64,000 bases of DNA from Colwellia sp. (GTDB taxonomy: Bacteria; Pseudomonadota; Gammaproteobacteria; Enterobacterales; Alteromonadaceae), in contig JBMYWR010000003.1 in NCBI GenBank assembly GCA_049607625.1, positions 1,654 to 65,653 of the forward strand, given 5' to 3'. Under the pieces are notes generated by a model. The model did not search any database, was not told the origin of the DNA, and saw only the letters and a list, made by a program, of their open reading frames with translations. The position numbers and the translations under genes were made by a program. The first letter of the stretch is position 1. Each line of letters opens with the position of its first letter. This document shows, in pieces, positions 55,057-64,000 of this stretch.

Positions 55057-57246
55057 ATGACTGTAGATTTATCGCAATTTATTCCTAGCTTTCTAGAAGA
55101 AAGTTTCGAAGGATTAGAGTTGATGGAAGCTAGCCTTTTAAATCTAGAAGAAGGCGATACTGAGTCTATTGATGATATTTTTCGCGCTGCGCACTCAATT
55201 AAAGGGGGAGCGGGTACTTTTGGGTTTGAAAACGTAACCGAATTTACTCATCTTGTAGAAACGCTACTAGATGAGATGAGAGATGGTCGACGGATTATCT
55301 GTAAAAGCGATACACAAATTTTATTAGAATCAGTCGATTGTATGCGTATACTAATCGAATCAGCCCGAGATGAAACAGATTATGATGATACTAAAATAAA
55401 AGAAACAACCATCTTACTAGAAGAAACATTAGATAATAATGAGACAAGTAGTCCGAGCTCTGAAAATACAACTAGTGATACACCCTCACCAACAACAGCA
55501 GTTACACCCCAACAAGAAAGTTTTACACAATTTGACATAAAATTTGAACCCGAACACGAACTTGCTAAAACAGGTAATGATCCCATCTTCTTATTCAGTG
55601 CACTTGCAGAGTTGGGAGAACTAACGATTCATGCAGATACACAATACATACCAGCCTTGAGTGATATTGATGCGCAAGAACTTTATCTTAATTGGCAGTT
55701 AAGTTTAAAGACAGAAGCGTCAGAGGAAGAAATCAAAGAAGTATTCGAATGGGTCGAGGATGATTGTGTGCTTGAAATTGTCGAAATTGTGCCAGATAAA
55801 TTAGAAGAAACGCCTACTGATATACAAGCGGAACAAGAGAAGCTACAAACGGTTGATTCTAACGAAAACCCAGAGCAAGCTACACCAGAACACGAAGACC
55901 CAGTAGACCCACCACTAGCTGTTGAATCAACTAAAAAGAATACACAAGTTGAAACTCAAGAATGTCCAGATAAAGTAAAAGCTAAACCTAAGGCCAAGAC
56001 AGATGCTGGCTCTATACGTGTTGGTGTCGATAAGGTTGATAGCTTAATAAACTTAGTTGGTGAGTTGGTTATAACCCAATCTATGTTGTCAGAGTTAGGT
56101 ACTAACTTCGAAATGTCAAAGTTAGAGCGATTAACTAACGGGCTTGAACAGTTACTACAAAATACGAAAGAACTACAAGAAAGTGTTATGCGAATTAGAA
56201 TGCTACCTATTAGTTTTGCATTTAATAGGTTTCCTCGTTTAATCCATGATTTAGCTAATAAAATGGATAAGGCAATAGAGCTTGTTATTAAAGGGGAGCA
56301 AACTGAATTAGATAAAACTGTTATGGAGCAAATTGGTGACCCGCTTGTTCACCTTGTCAGAAATGCGGTAGACCATGGTATAGAGTCTAAAGAAGAACGC
56401 TTAGCAGCGGGTAAGCCTGAAGAAGGGACTATTACACTCGATGCTTATCATCAGGGTGGCAACATTGTCATCGAAATTTCAGATGATGGTGGTGGTATTG
56501 ATAGAAAGGCTGTATTTAATAAGGCTGTAGAGAAAGGTATTGTTGATAGTAATGCGACGCTAACAGATAGCCAAGTATTTGATTTACTTTTTGAACCTGG
56601 TTTCTCAACTGCTGCTGCAATTACTGACATATCAGGTAGAGGGGTTGGAATGGACGTTGTAAAACGTAACATTCAATCACTTGGTGGCAGAATTCAGGTT
56701 GAATCTGATCAAGGTGTTGGTTCAACGTTTAAAGTGCACTTACCACTTACATTAGCGATTTTAGATGGACAACTCGTTAAAGTGGGTAAAGAAACTTATA
56801 TCATACCGCTTATTTCTATTGTTGAATCACTACAAGTCGATAATAAACAAATAAACCGCGTATCTGGCGACATGGTGCTTTATCGTTTACGAGAAGATAA
56901 TGTTCCTGTTCTGCCAATTTATAAACTATTCAACTTAGAAGCAAGATGTACCTCTGTCGACAATGCATTACTTGTAGTTGTTGAAGCTGAAGGCCAGAAA
57001 GTTGGGTTAATGGTAGATGATTTACTGGCACAGCAACAAGTGGTTATAAAGAGTCTCAACGATAACTATCAGCAGGTTTTAGGGATTTCTGGGGCGACCA
57101 TTTTGGGTGATGGCTCCGTTGCAATGATTCTCGATATTCCAGGTATGATTCAAATGGCTCTTTCACAAGCCAGAGATAACCAAAATCAAAATAAAACCAA
57201 TTGGTTGAACCAGACACCGAAAGCGGTAGAAGGAGTTTTACCATAA
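55057..57246 (+). CDS. cheA: Chemotaxis histidine kinase CheA
   Basis: Hpt FRAAHSIKGG, LINLVGELVI, HLVRNAVDHG, GFST, SGRGVGMDVV, C-terminal CheW-like domain. Confidence 0.97.
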   Translation: MTVDLSQFIPSFLEESFEGLELMEASLLNLEEGDTESIDDIFRAAHSIKGGAGTFGFENVTEFTHLVETLLDEMRDGRRIICKSDTQILLESVDCMRILIESARDETDYDDTKIKETTILLEETLDNNETSSPSSENTTSDTPSPTTAVTPQQESFTQFDIKFEPEHELAKTGNDPIFLFSALAELGELTIHADTQYIPALSDIDAQELYLNWQLSLKTEASEEEIKEVFEWVEDDCVLEIVEIVPDKLEETPTDIQAEQEKLQTVDSNENPEQATPEHEDPVDPPLAVESTKKNTQVETQECPDKVKAKPKAKTDAGSIRVGVDKVDSLINLVGELVITQSMLSELGTNFEMSKLERLTNGLEQLLQNTKELQESVMRIRMLPISFAFNRFPRLIHDLANKMDKAIELVIKGEQTELDKTVMEQIGDPLVHLVRNAVDHGIESKEERLAAGKPEEGTITLDAYHQGGNIVIEISDDGGGIDRKAVFNKAVEKGIVDSNATLTDSQVFDLLFEPGFSTAAAITDISGRGVGMDVVKRNIQSLGGRIQVESDQGVGSTFKVHLPLTLAILDGQLVKVGKETYIIPLISIVESLQVDNKQINRVSGDMVLYRLREDNVPVLPIYKLFNLEARCTSVDNALLVVVEAEGQKVGLMVDDLLAQQQVVIKSLNDNYQQVLGISGATILGDGSVAMILDIPGMIQMALSQARDNQNQNKTNWLNQTPKAVEGVLP

Positions 57247-57773
57247 TGGATATTCAAACTTTAGAAAAAGAGATCCCAGTTGAAGGTGAACAATCCGTAG
57301 AAGGAATAGATTTCATTTCAAGTGGAGAGCAATATCTAACTTTTATGTTGGATCAAGAACAATATGCTGTCGATATTCTATGTGTTGAAGAAATAAGAAG
57401 TTGGGAGTTACCGACTAAAATACCTAATTCACCACATTATATTAAAGGTGTCATCAATATGCGTGGTGTCATCGTGCCTATTATAGATTTAAGGCTTAAA
57501 TTCCATATTGGTGATGCACAATATTTAGAAACAACTGTTGTTATTGTTCTTACCTATGAAACAGAGGGTAGAACTAGAACAATCGGATTCGTTGTTGATG
57601 CGGTATCAGATGTTTTAAACATTATGCAAAGTGATATTCAACCTTCACCTGCATTTGGAGGCTGTGTTCCACAATCTTTTGTTGATGGGCTTATTAATGT
57701 CGGTGATAACGTTGTGACACTGTTAAATGTAGAAACATTACAAAAGGTAGAGAAACACCAACATCAAGCATAA
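57246..57773 (+). CDS. cheW: CheW coupling protein 1 (ATG overlaps the cheA stop, TAATG)
   Basis: YLTF, GVINMRGVIVPIIDLR, GFVVDAVSDV. Confidence 0.93.
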   Translation: MDIQTLEKEIPVEGEQSVEGIDFISSGEQYLTFMLDQEQYAVDILCVEEIRSWELPTKIPNSPHYIKGVINMRGVIVPIIDLRLKFHIGDAQYLETTVVIVLTYETEGRTRTIGFVVDAVSDVLNIMQSDIQPSPAFGGCVPQSFVDGLINVGDNVVTLLNVETLQKVEKHQHQA

Positions 57774-57811
57774 TTTGTGTTTGCGTTTAAGAAATATATT
57801 TAGGATAGCTT

Positions 57812-58282
57812 ATGGCTGATTTAGAACAAGAATATCTGACTTTTATATTAGAAGGTGAAGAATATGGTGTAGATATTCTTTGTGTTCAAGAAATTCGCGT
57901 GTGGAGTTCAGTGACGGAGTTACCCAATAAACCAGATTACCTTAAAGGGGTAATTAATTTGCGGGGTATTATCATACCAATCATTGATTTAAGGCAAAGG
58001 TTAGGAAAAGAACCACACGAATATAATGAACAAACAGTCACCATTATTTTAAGACATCAAAGCGAAGAGAAGTTGATGGTAGTTGGTATTGTCGTAGATG
58101 CGGTTTCAGAGGTTTATAAATTTACCGCAAAGAATATTAGACCAGCGCCTGATTTTGGTAGTTCAATAGATAAGTGCTTTTTAAAAGGTCTTGCTACCAT
58201 TGATGAAAAAATGATCATCTTGTTAGATAGTGAAGCACTCTTAAATGAAGATGATCTGTATAGTTTAGATAAAAGTGCGTGA
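57812..58282 (+). CDS. cheW: CheW coupling protein 2
   Basis: YLTF, GVINLRGIIIPIIDLR, GIVVDAVSEV. Confidence 0.93.
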   Translation: MADLEQEYLTFILEGEEYGVDILCVQEIRVWSSVTELPNKPDYLKGVINLRGIIIPIIDLRQRLGKEPHEYNEQTVTIILRHQSEEKLMVVGIVVDAVSEVYKFTAKNIRPAPDFGSSIDKCFLKGLATIDEKMIILLDSEALLNEDDLYSLDKSA

Positions 58283-58348
58283 ATGTATGGCTGTAATTAA
58301 ATTAGTTTCACATGATTTTGACGAATTGAATATTGATAGGAAAACCAT

Positions 58349-61300
58349 ATGACCCCTAAGCAAATCAGTTTGGTGCAACAAAGTTGGGAGAAAGTATTAC
58401 CTATAGCACCACAAGCAGCGGAAATATTTTATGACACCTTGTTCCAAATGGATCCGTCGTTAAAAAAACTTTTTCCAAGTGAGTTAACTGAGCAGGGAAA
58501 AAAGCTCATGACAATGATCGACGCTGCTGTGAAGTTATTAGATAGCCCAGACAAACTCATCCCAGTGGTTCAAAAACTCGGTGCTAAGCATGTCCATTAT
58601 GGCGTTCAAACAGAGCACTACGACACTGTTGGAGCTGCATTGCTTAAAACGCTTGAGGCAGGTCTTGGTAAAGGGTTCACCGCTCCCGTTAAAAAAGCCT
58701 GGACAGCAGTATACACCATTCTTTCAACAACAATGATAGAAGCCGCAGCAGTAGAGAGCTCTACCAATAGTAAAAAAGGTAATAACATGAATAAGCCATC
58801 AAAGGATACAGATATGCTAGATGATTCATTAGCGTTACAATTTCAGGGAGCTCTAGAGCAATCAGCCACCGCTTTTATTATGATTGATAGAGACTTTAAT
58901 ATCACTTATGCAAATAATGCGACAATTACTTTATTAAAAACACATGAGCAAACATTTGCACAAAATTGGCCTGGATTTAGTGCTGATAAAGAATCAATTA
59001 TCGGTGCTAATATAGATGGTTTTCACAAGAACCCAGCTCATCAAAGAAAGCTTTTAGATAACCCTGCAAATCTGCCTTATAAAACCGATATTCAGATTAA
59101 GCATTTAAAATTTGAACTCAATGTGAGCGCTATTATTGATCAGGAGGGGAACTATATTGGTAACGCACTTGAATGGCAGGATGTTACAGAAGCACGAGCA
59201 CAAGAAAACAAGTCGGCTCAATTACAAGGGGCTATCGATCAATCAGCAACCGCAAACATTATGATTGATAGAGACTTTAATATTACCTATGCCAATGCTG
59301 CTACATTAGCTTTACTTAAAGAGCACGAAGCGATCTTTGCTAAAAATTGGCCTGGCTTTAAAGCAGACCCTGAGGTAATTATTGGAACCAACATTGATAC
59401 TTTCCATAAAAATCCAGATCATCAACGTAAATTACTAGCCGACCCAAGTAATTTGCCGTATCAAACAGATATAGATATTCAAGGTTTAACGTTCGAGCTT
59501 AATGTAACCGCCATTAATGACTCTACAGGTGCCTATATAGGTAACTCTTTAGAATGGAAAGATGTTACAGCCGCACGAGCACAAGAAAACAAGTCGGCTC
59601 AATTACAAGGGGCTATCGATCAATCAGCAACCGCAAACATTATGATTGATAGAGACTTTAATATTACCTATGCCAATGCTGCTACATTAGCTTTACTTAA
59701 AGAGCACGAAGCGATCTTTGCTAAAAATTGGCCTGGCTTTAAAGCAGACCCTGAGGTAATTATTGGAACCAACATTGATACATTCCATAAAAATCCGAGT
59801 CATCAAAGGAATTTACTTTCGGATCCGAGTAACTTGCCTTATCAAACAGATATTCAAATTCAAGGCTTAACGTTCGAGCTTAATGTAACAGCAATTAATG
59901 ATTCTACAGGTGCCTATATAGGTAATTCTTTAGAATGGAAAGATGTAACAAGTGAAAGAGCTAAATCAGTAGAGGTTGGACGCTTAACTTCAGCAATGGA
60001 AGGGATGACAACTAACTTAATGATGGCGGATACAACAGGCAATATTGTGTATGCTAACCCTGCTGTTACTGCAATGCTTCGAAGAAGAGAAGCAAAATTA
60101 CAAACTGCGTTACCATCATTCAGAGTTGACACAATGATTGGTACAAACTTTGATACGTTCCATAAAAATCCAGCACACCAACAAAACTTGCTTGGTAATC
60201 CAGGAAACTTGCCATACACCACGGAAATTTCAGTTGTCGGTTTAACATTCCAGTTAATTGCCATTGCATTAAAAGATGAGGAAGATAACCACGTTGGTAC
60301 AGCAGTTCAGTGGGTCGATTTAACGGAAGAGAAAGATGCGCAAAATCAAATTGAAACACTGATCACTGATGCTACTGGTGGCAAGCTTGACTCTAGAATT
60401 GATACAGCAGAATACCAAGGTTTTATGAAAGACTTAGGTGAGAATATTAATGGACTTATGGATTCAGTCGTTGAACCAATAACTGAAGCGATAAATGTTG
60501 CTCAATCGCTAGCGGAAGGGGATTTAACCCATAGTATGCGAAGTGACTATGGTGGTGAGTTCTTAGCATTAGCTAATGCAATGAATGGCTCAATAGACAA
60601 CTTAAGCAATATGGTTGATGAAATACGAGGAGCCTCAACAAATGTATTCGATTCTGCTCGAGAAATAGCGCAAGGAAATAGTGAGTTAAGTCACCGTACG
60701 GAATCTCAGGCTTCAAGTCTAGAGGAAACAGCCTCAGCGATGGAAGAGCTAACCAGTACAGTGCAACAGAATGCTGAAAACTCAACAGAAGCAAGTAAGC
60801 TTTCTTTGTCTGTAATGGATAAAGCAACGAACGGCGGAGAAGTTGTTAGAAGTGCAATTACAGCAATGAGCGATATCAACAAATCTAGTAAAAAGATTGC
60901 CGATATTATCAGTGTTATAGATGAAATTGCATTCCAAACCAACCTGTTAGCACTTAACGCTGCCGTAGAAGCGGCGAGGGCTGGAGAGCAAGGTAGAGGT
61001 TTTGCTGTTGTAGCTGCAGAAGTAAGAAATCTAGCACAAAGGTCAGCTGGCGCAGCGAAAGAAATTAAAGGCTTAATCAACGACAGTGTTGAAGCCGTAG
61101 GACAAGGCACTAAGCTTGTTGACGAAACAGGTCAAACTTTTACAGAGCTTGTTACGTCTATTGAAGATGTTAGTAAAATGATTGGTGATATTGACAGTGC
61201 AGGTAAAGAACAATCTGCAGGTATCGGTGAAGTGAGTGCAGCAGTAAGTCAAATGGATGAAATGACGCAACAAAATGCAGCATTAGTTGAAGAAGCGGCA

Positions 61301-61501
61301 GCATCAAGTAAATCGATGGAAGAGCAGTCACAAGCATTACTTGATCAAGTTGCATTCTTTAATAATGGTAATTCATCAAATTCGAATAGTTCAAGTCAAG
61401 GCGCACCTAAAGCAAAGGAAGCAAAGAAAACACCAAAAGCGTCTCCAATTAAAAGTCCTTCATCTAAAAAGCAATCTGATGATGAGTGGGAGGAGTTTTA
61501 A
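58349..61501 (+). CDS. Soluble Aer2-like chemoreceptor: globin + 4 PAS + di-HAMP + MCP signalling domain + EWEEF pentapeptide
   Basis: aa 1-133 3/3 globin (IFY, LF, EQG, AKH); four xNxDxFHKNPxHQ...(E/Q)W repeats; [30 protein letters not shown]; no TM helix. Confidence 0.92.
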   Translation: MTPKQISLVQQSWEKVLPIAPQAAEIFYDTLFQMDPSLKKLFPSELTEQGKKLMTMIDAAVKLLDSPDKLIPVVQKLGAKHVHYGVQTEHYDTVGAALLKTLEAGLGKGFTAPVKKAWTAVYTILSTTMIEAAAVESSTNSKKGNNMNKPSKDTDMLDDSLALQFQGALEQSATAFIMIDRDFNITYANNATITLLKTHEQTFAQNWPGFSADKESIIGANIDGFHKNPAHQRKLLDNPANLPYKTDIQIKHLKFELNVSAIIDQEGNYIGNALEWQDVTEARAQENKSAQLQGAIDQSATANIMIDRDFNITYANAATLALLKEHEAIFAKNWPGFKADPEVIIGTNIDTFHKNPDHQRKLLADPSNLPYQTDIDIQGLTFELNVTAINDSTGAYIGNSLEWKDVTAARAQENKSAQLQGAIDQSATANIMIDRDFNITYANAATLALLKEHEAIFAKNWPGFKADPEVIIGTNIDTFHKNPSHQRNLLSDPSNLPYQTDIQIQGLTFELNVTAINDSTGAYIGNSLEWKDVTSERAKSVEVGRLTSAMEGMTTNLMMADTTGNIVYANPAVTAMLRRREAKLQTALPSFRVDTMIGTNFDTFHKNPAHQQNLLGNPGNLPYTTEISVVGLTFQLIAIALKDEEDNHVGTAVQWVDLTEEKDAQNQIETLITDATGGKLDSRIDTAEYQGFMKDLGENINGLMDSVVEPITEAINVAQSLAEGDLTHSMRSDYGGEFLALANAMNGSIDNLSNMVDEIRGASTNVFDSAREIAQGNSELSHRTESQASSLEETASAMEELTSTVQQNAENSTEASKLSLSVMDKATNGGEVVRSAITAMSDINKSSKKIADIISVIDEIAFQTNLLALNAAVEAARAGEQGRGFAVVAAEVRNLAQRSAGAAKEIKGLINDSVEAVGQGTKLVDETGQTFTELVTSIEDVSKMIGDIDSAGKEQSAGIGEVSAAVSQMDEMTQQNAALVEEAAASSKSMEEQSQALLDQVAFFNNGNSSNSNSSSQGAPKAKEAKKTPKASPIKSPSSKKQSDDEWEEF
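59192..59950 (+). repeat. 381-bp tandem duplication encoding PAS2 and PAS3
   Basis: 59192-59400 is identical to 59573-59781 (209 bp); the rest of each unit is similar but diverged. Confidence 0.95.
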
Positions 61502-61600
61502 AATAACATCATAAGAGCTCATTAAACATCCCATTTAAGTTAATGAGCTTAATTTATATTTAAAACCATAAGCACTGATAAACGGCACAGGGAGTTAAAA

Positions 61601-62440
61601 TTGACTACAAGAGAATCATCAGCGAGTTTAACTGATACAGATTACAATTTCTTATGTAAATTTGTTTATGACTCGACAGGTATTGTTTTAAATGAAAATA
61701 AACGTGAAATGCTTTACCGACGACTTACCAGGATAATTAGAGATAAGGGGTTAACTACTTTTAGTGAGTACTGTCAGCTACTGAAAAATAATGTCGATAC
61801 AGAAAAAGATTATTTTATTAATGCGATTACAACCAACTTAACAAGCTTTTTTAGAGAGAAGCACCACTTTGAGCATTTAATAAACAAAGAATTACCTGCT
61901 TTAGCAAGGAGTAAGCAAAAAGGAGCTAATGGCAAAAAGCGTTTAAGAATATGGTCTTCAGCAAGTTCGACAGGAGAAGAACCCTATAGTATTGCAATAT
62001 CTGTATGCGAAGGATTAAAAGATCTTGGTCAGTGGGATGCAAAAATATTGGCAACAGATATTGATAGTAATGTCTTAGCACATGGTAAAGCGGGTATTTA
62101 CGATGAAAAGCGCGTTGAAGATATAGAAGAAGAGTATAAAGATAAATATTTTCAACACAGTAGTGATAAATTTAATGTTAAGCAAAATGTTAAATCGTTA
62201 ATTACATTTAAGCAATTAAATTTACTTGATAATTGGCCGATGAAGGGGCCATTTGATGTGATTTTTTGTCGCAATGTGATTATTTATTTCGACAAAAAAA
62301 CGCAACTTGGATTATTTGAAAAGTATTATGAGATGTTAGCTCCTGGAGGTTTATTCTTTTTAGGGCATAGTGAAAATTTAGGAGACTATGCAAAGTATTT
62401 CGAAAATGTTGGTCGAACTATGTTTAGAAAGCCTTTATAG
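61601..62440 (+). CDS. cheR: Chemoreceptor methyltransferase CheR
   Basis: ITTNLTSFFRE, WSSASSTGEEPYS, ATDID, IFCRNVIIYF, GHSE. Confidence 0.96.
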   Translation: MTTRESSASLTDTDYNFLCKFVYDSTGIVLNENKREMLYRRLTRIIRDKGLTTFSEYCQLLKNNVDTEKDYFINAITTNLTSFFREKHHFEHLINKELPALARSKQKGANGKKRLRIWSSASSTGEEPYSIAISVCEGLKDLGQWDAKILATDIDSNVLAHGKAGIYDEKRVEDIEEEYKDKYFQHSSDKFNVKQNVKSLITFKQLNLLDNWPMKGPFDVIFCRNVIIYFDKKTQLGLFEKYYEMLAPGGLFFLGHSENLGDYAKYFENVGRTMFRKPL

Positions 62441-62467
62441 AAAATAACGACAAAAGGGAGTATGTAA

Positions 62468-63127
62468 GTGTTAAGAGCGAATAACCCAAAGGTGAAAGAA
62501 TGTATTGAACAATGTCTTCCTGAATTTAGGCATATCAATCACTATTGGGATAAAGACAGACAAATTGTTGTAGCTAAAATATTGCCAGGTGAGTTCTACA
62601 CAACAACCAATAAAGTGGCTATAGCAACAACATTAGGCTCTTGTATATCCGCTTGTATTTGGGACGAAAAAACGCATATTGGCGGGATGAACCATTTCAT
62701 GCTGCCCGCAACGGAAAAAGAGGTTCACGAAGTCAATTGGGGGCAACGAAATAACTTATCTGATGCGACACGTTATGGCAATTTTGCTATGGAACATTTG
62801 ATAAATACTATTTTAAAAAACGGTGGCAGAAAAGCAAACCTTAAAGTAAAGATTTTTGGTGGCGGAAAGGTCTTAAGAAAAATGTCTGACGTTGGCGAGC
62901 GAAATATTGAGTTTGTATTAAAGTATCTTGAACAAGAGGAAATGGATATAGATACAGCTGATGTTGGTGACATATATCCTAGAAAAGTTTTTTTTGATCC
63001 GAGTACAGGTAAGGTTTTTGTTAAGAAATTAACGAATTTACATAACGAAACGATTATTAAACGTGAAGCTGACTATTCACATCAAATTGTTGATGATGAT
63101 GTAGATGGCGATGTTGAGTTATTTTAA
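62468..63127 (+). CDS. cheD: Chemoreceptor glutamine deamidase CheD
   Basis: TTLGSCISAC, GGMNHFMLP, KIFGGG, DVGERN. Confidence 0.95.
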   Translation: MLRANNPKVKECIEQCLPEFRHINHYWDKDRQIVVAKILPGEFYTTTNKVAIATTLGSCISACIWDEKTHIGGMNHFMLPATEKEVHEVNWGQRNNLSDATRYGNFAMEHLINTILKNGGRKANLKVKIFGGGKVLRKMSDVGERNIEFVLKYLEQEEMDIDTADVGDIYPRKVFFDPSTGKVFVKKLTNLHNETIIKREADYSHQIVDDDVDGDVELF

Positions 63128-63198
63128 GTGATCTTAACAAACTGAATATTAAGTGGATACATAGCACTGTATTTATATAAAAGGAATGAGACACAAGT

Positions 63199-64000
63199 AT
63201 GAAAAAAATAAAAGTACTTATAGTTGATGATTCTTCAGTGATCAGAGATATTATTAAAGATGCATTATCTGAAGCTGGTAATATAGAGGTGGTAGGTGAA
63301 GCACAAGACCCTCTTGAAGCAAGGAACCTTATAAAACAATTATCGCCAGATGTATTAACGCTTGATGTAGAAATGCCTAAAATGGATGGTATCACCTTCT
63401 TAGATAACTTGATGAGATTGAGGCCTATGCCCGTTATTATGTTATCAACATTAACAACTAAAGGAGCAGATACAACCCTTAAAGCACTTGAATTAGGTGC
63501 AGTAGATTTTATAGCCAAACCCACAGTTGAAAAGCTTTTAGCAACCAAGGGTAGCTTTAAACAATTGTTAATAGAAAAAATAGAGCTAGCTTATCAAACA
63601 GATCAAAAAAACTATAAACTTACTAAAAATATAACTAAAAAAGAAAATACTGCATCATCTGTTATTGGTTTTGGGGGAGTCAGCAGAAGTAATCATCTAG
63701 TTGCTATTGGCGCCTCTACAGGAGGAACTGAAGCAATAAAACAAGTACTACTAGGTTTACCCGAGAACTCTCCACCTGTTGTTGTAACTCAGCATATACC
63801 TAAAGCATTTAGTGCAAGCTTTGCTAAACGATTAAATGAGTTATGCAAAATTGAAGTTTGCGAAGCAAGTCACGGTCAAAAAATCAAAGTAGGTCATGCT
63901 TACGTCGCTCCCGGCGATATGCATTTAGAAGTTGCTCATAAAAACGGTTCACTGTTTTGTGTTTTAAAAGATGGGCCAGAAGTTAATCGGCACAAACCCT
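63199..64000 (+). CDS. cheB: Chemoreceptor methylesterase CheB (truncated by window end; missing from the ORF track)
   Basis: ATG 63199: MKKIKVLIVDDS...TLDVEMPKMDG...IGASTGGTEA...TQHIP...VNRHKP. Confidence 0.95.
   Translation, partial: MKKIKVLIVDDSSVIRDIIKDALSEAGNIEVVGEAQDPLEARNLIKQLSPDVLTLDVEMPKMDGITFLDNLMRLRPMPVIMLSTLTTKGADTTLKALELGAVDFIAKPTVEKLLATKGSFKQLLIEKIELAYQTDQKNYKLTKNITKKENTASSVIGFGGVSRSNHLVAIGASTGGTEAIKQVLLGLPENSPPVVVTQHIPKAFSASFAKRLNELCKIEVCEASHGQKIKVGHAYVAPGDMHLEVAHKNGSLFCVLKDGPEVNRHKP

Overview
AT-rich marine gammaproteobacterial chromosome segment. Gene content and order suggest Alteromonadales, probably Colwelliaceae (Colwellia/Thalassotalea-like); this is an inference. Most of it is core genome: an HD-domain nucleotidase and an RND efflux pair, alaA, purB-hflD-mnmA-rluE, tandem monomeric and dimeric isocitrate dehydrogenases, cspD, clpS-clpA, sbcDC, rne-rluC-maf, yceD-rpmF-plsX-fabD-fabG-acpP-fabF (no fabH), pabC-mltG-tmk-holB-pilZ-tatD, NAD-glutamate dehydrogenase, pyrD, asnB, argO/argP and yciI/yciB. 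The most unusual part is the last ~10.5 kb. A truncated haemoglobin and a STAS protein precede an Aer2/Che2-type chemosensory operon (cheY-cheA-cheW-cheW-receptor-cheR-cheD-cheB). Its soluble receptor carries an N-terminal 3/3 flavohaemoglobin-type globin, four Aer2-type heme-PAS repeats (two from a recent 381-bp duplication), a di-HAMP, a signalling domain and an EWEEF tail, and has a possible internal start. Also present: an IS630-like MITE with a nested cassette, a dispersed ~18-bp repeat, a 42-bp x10 array inside rne, and a long rne leader. No rRNA, tRNA or CRISPR array was seen.
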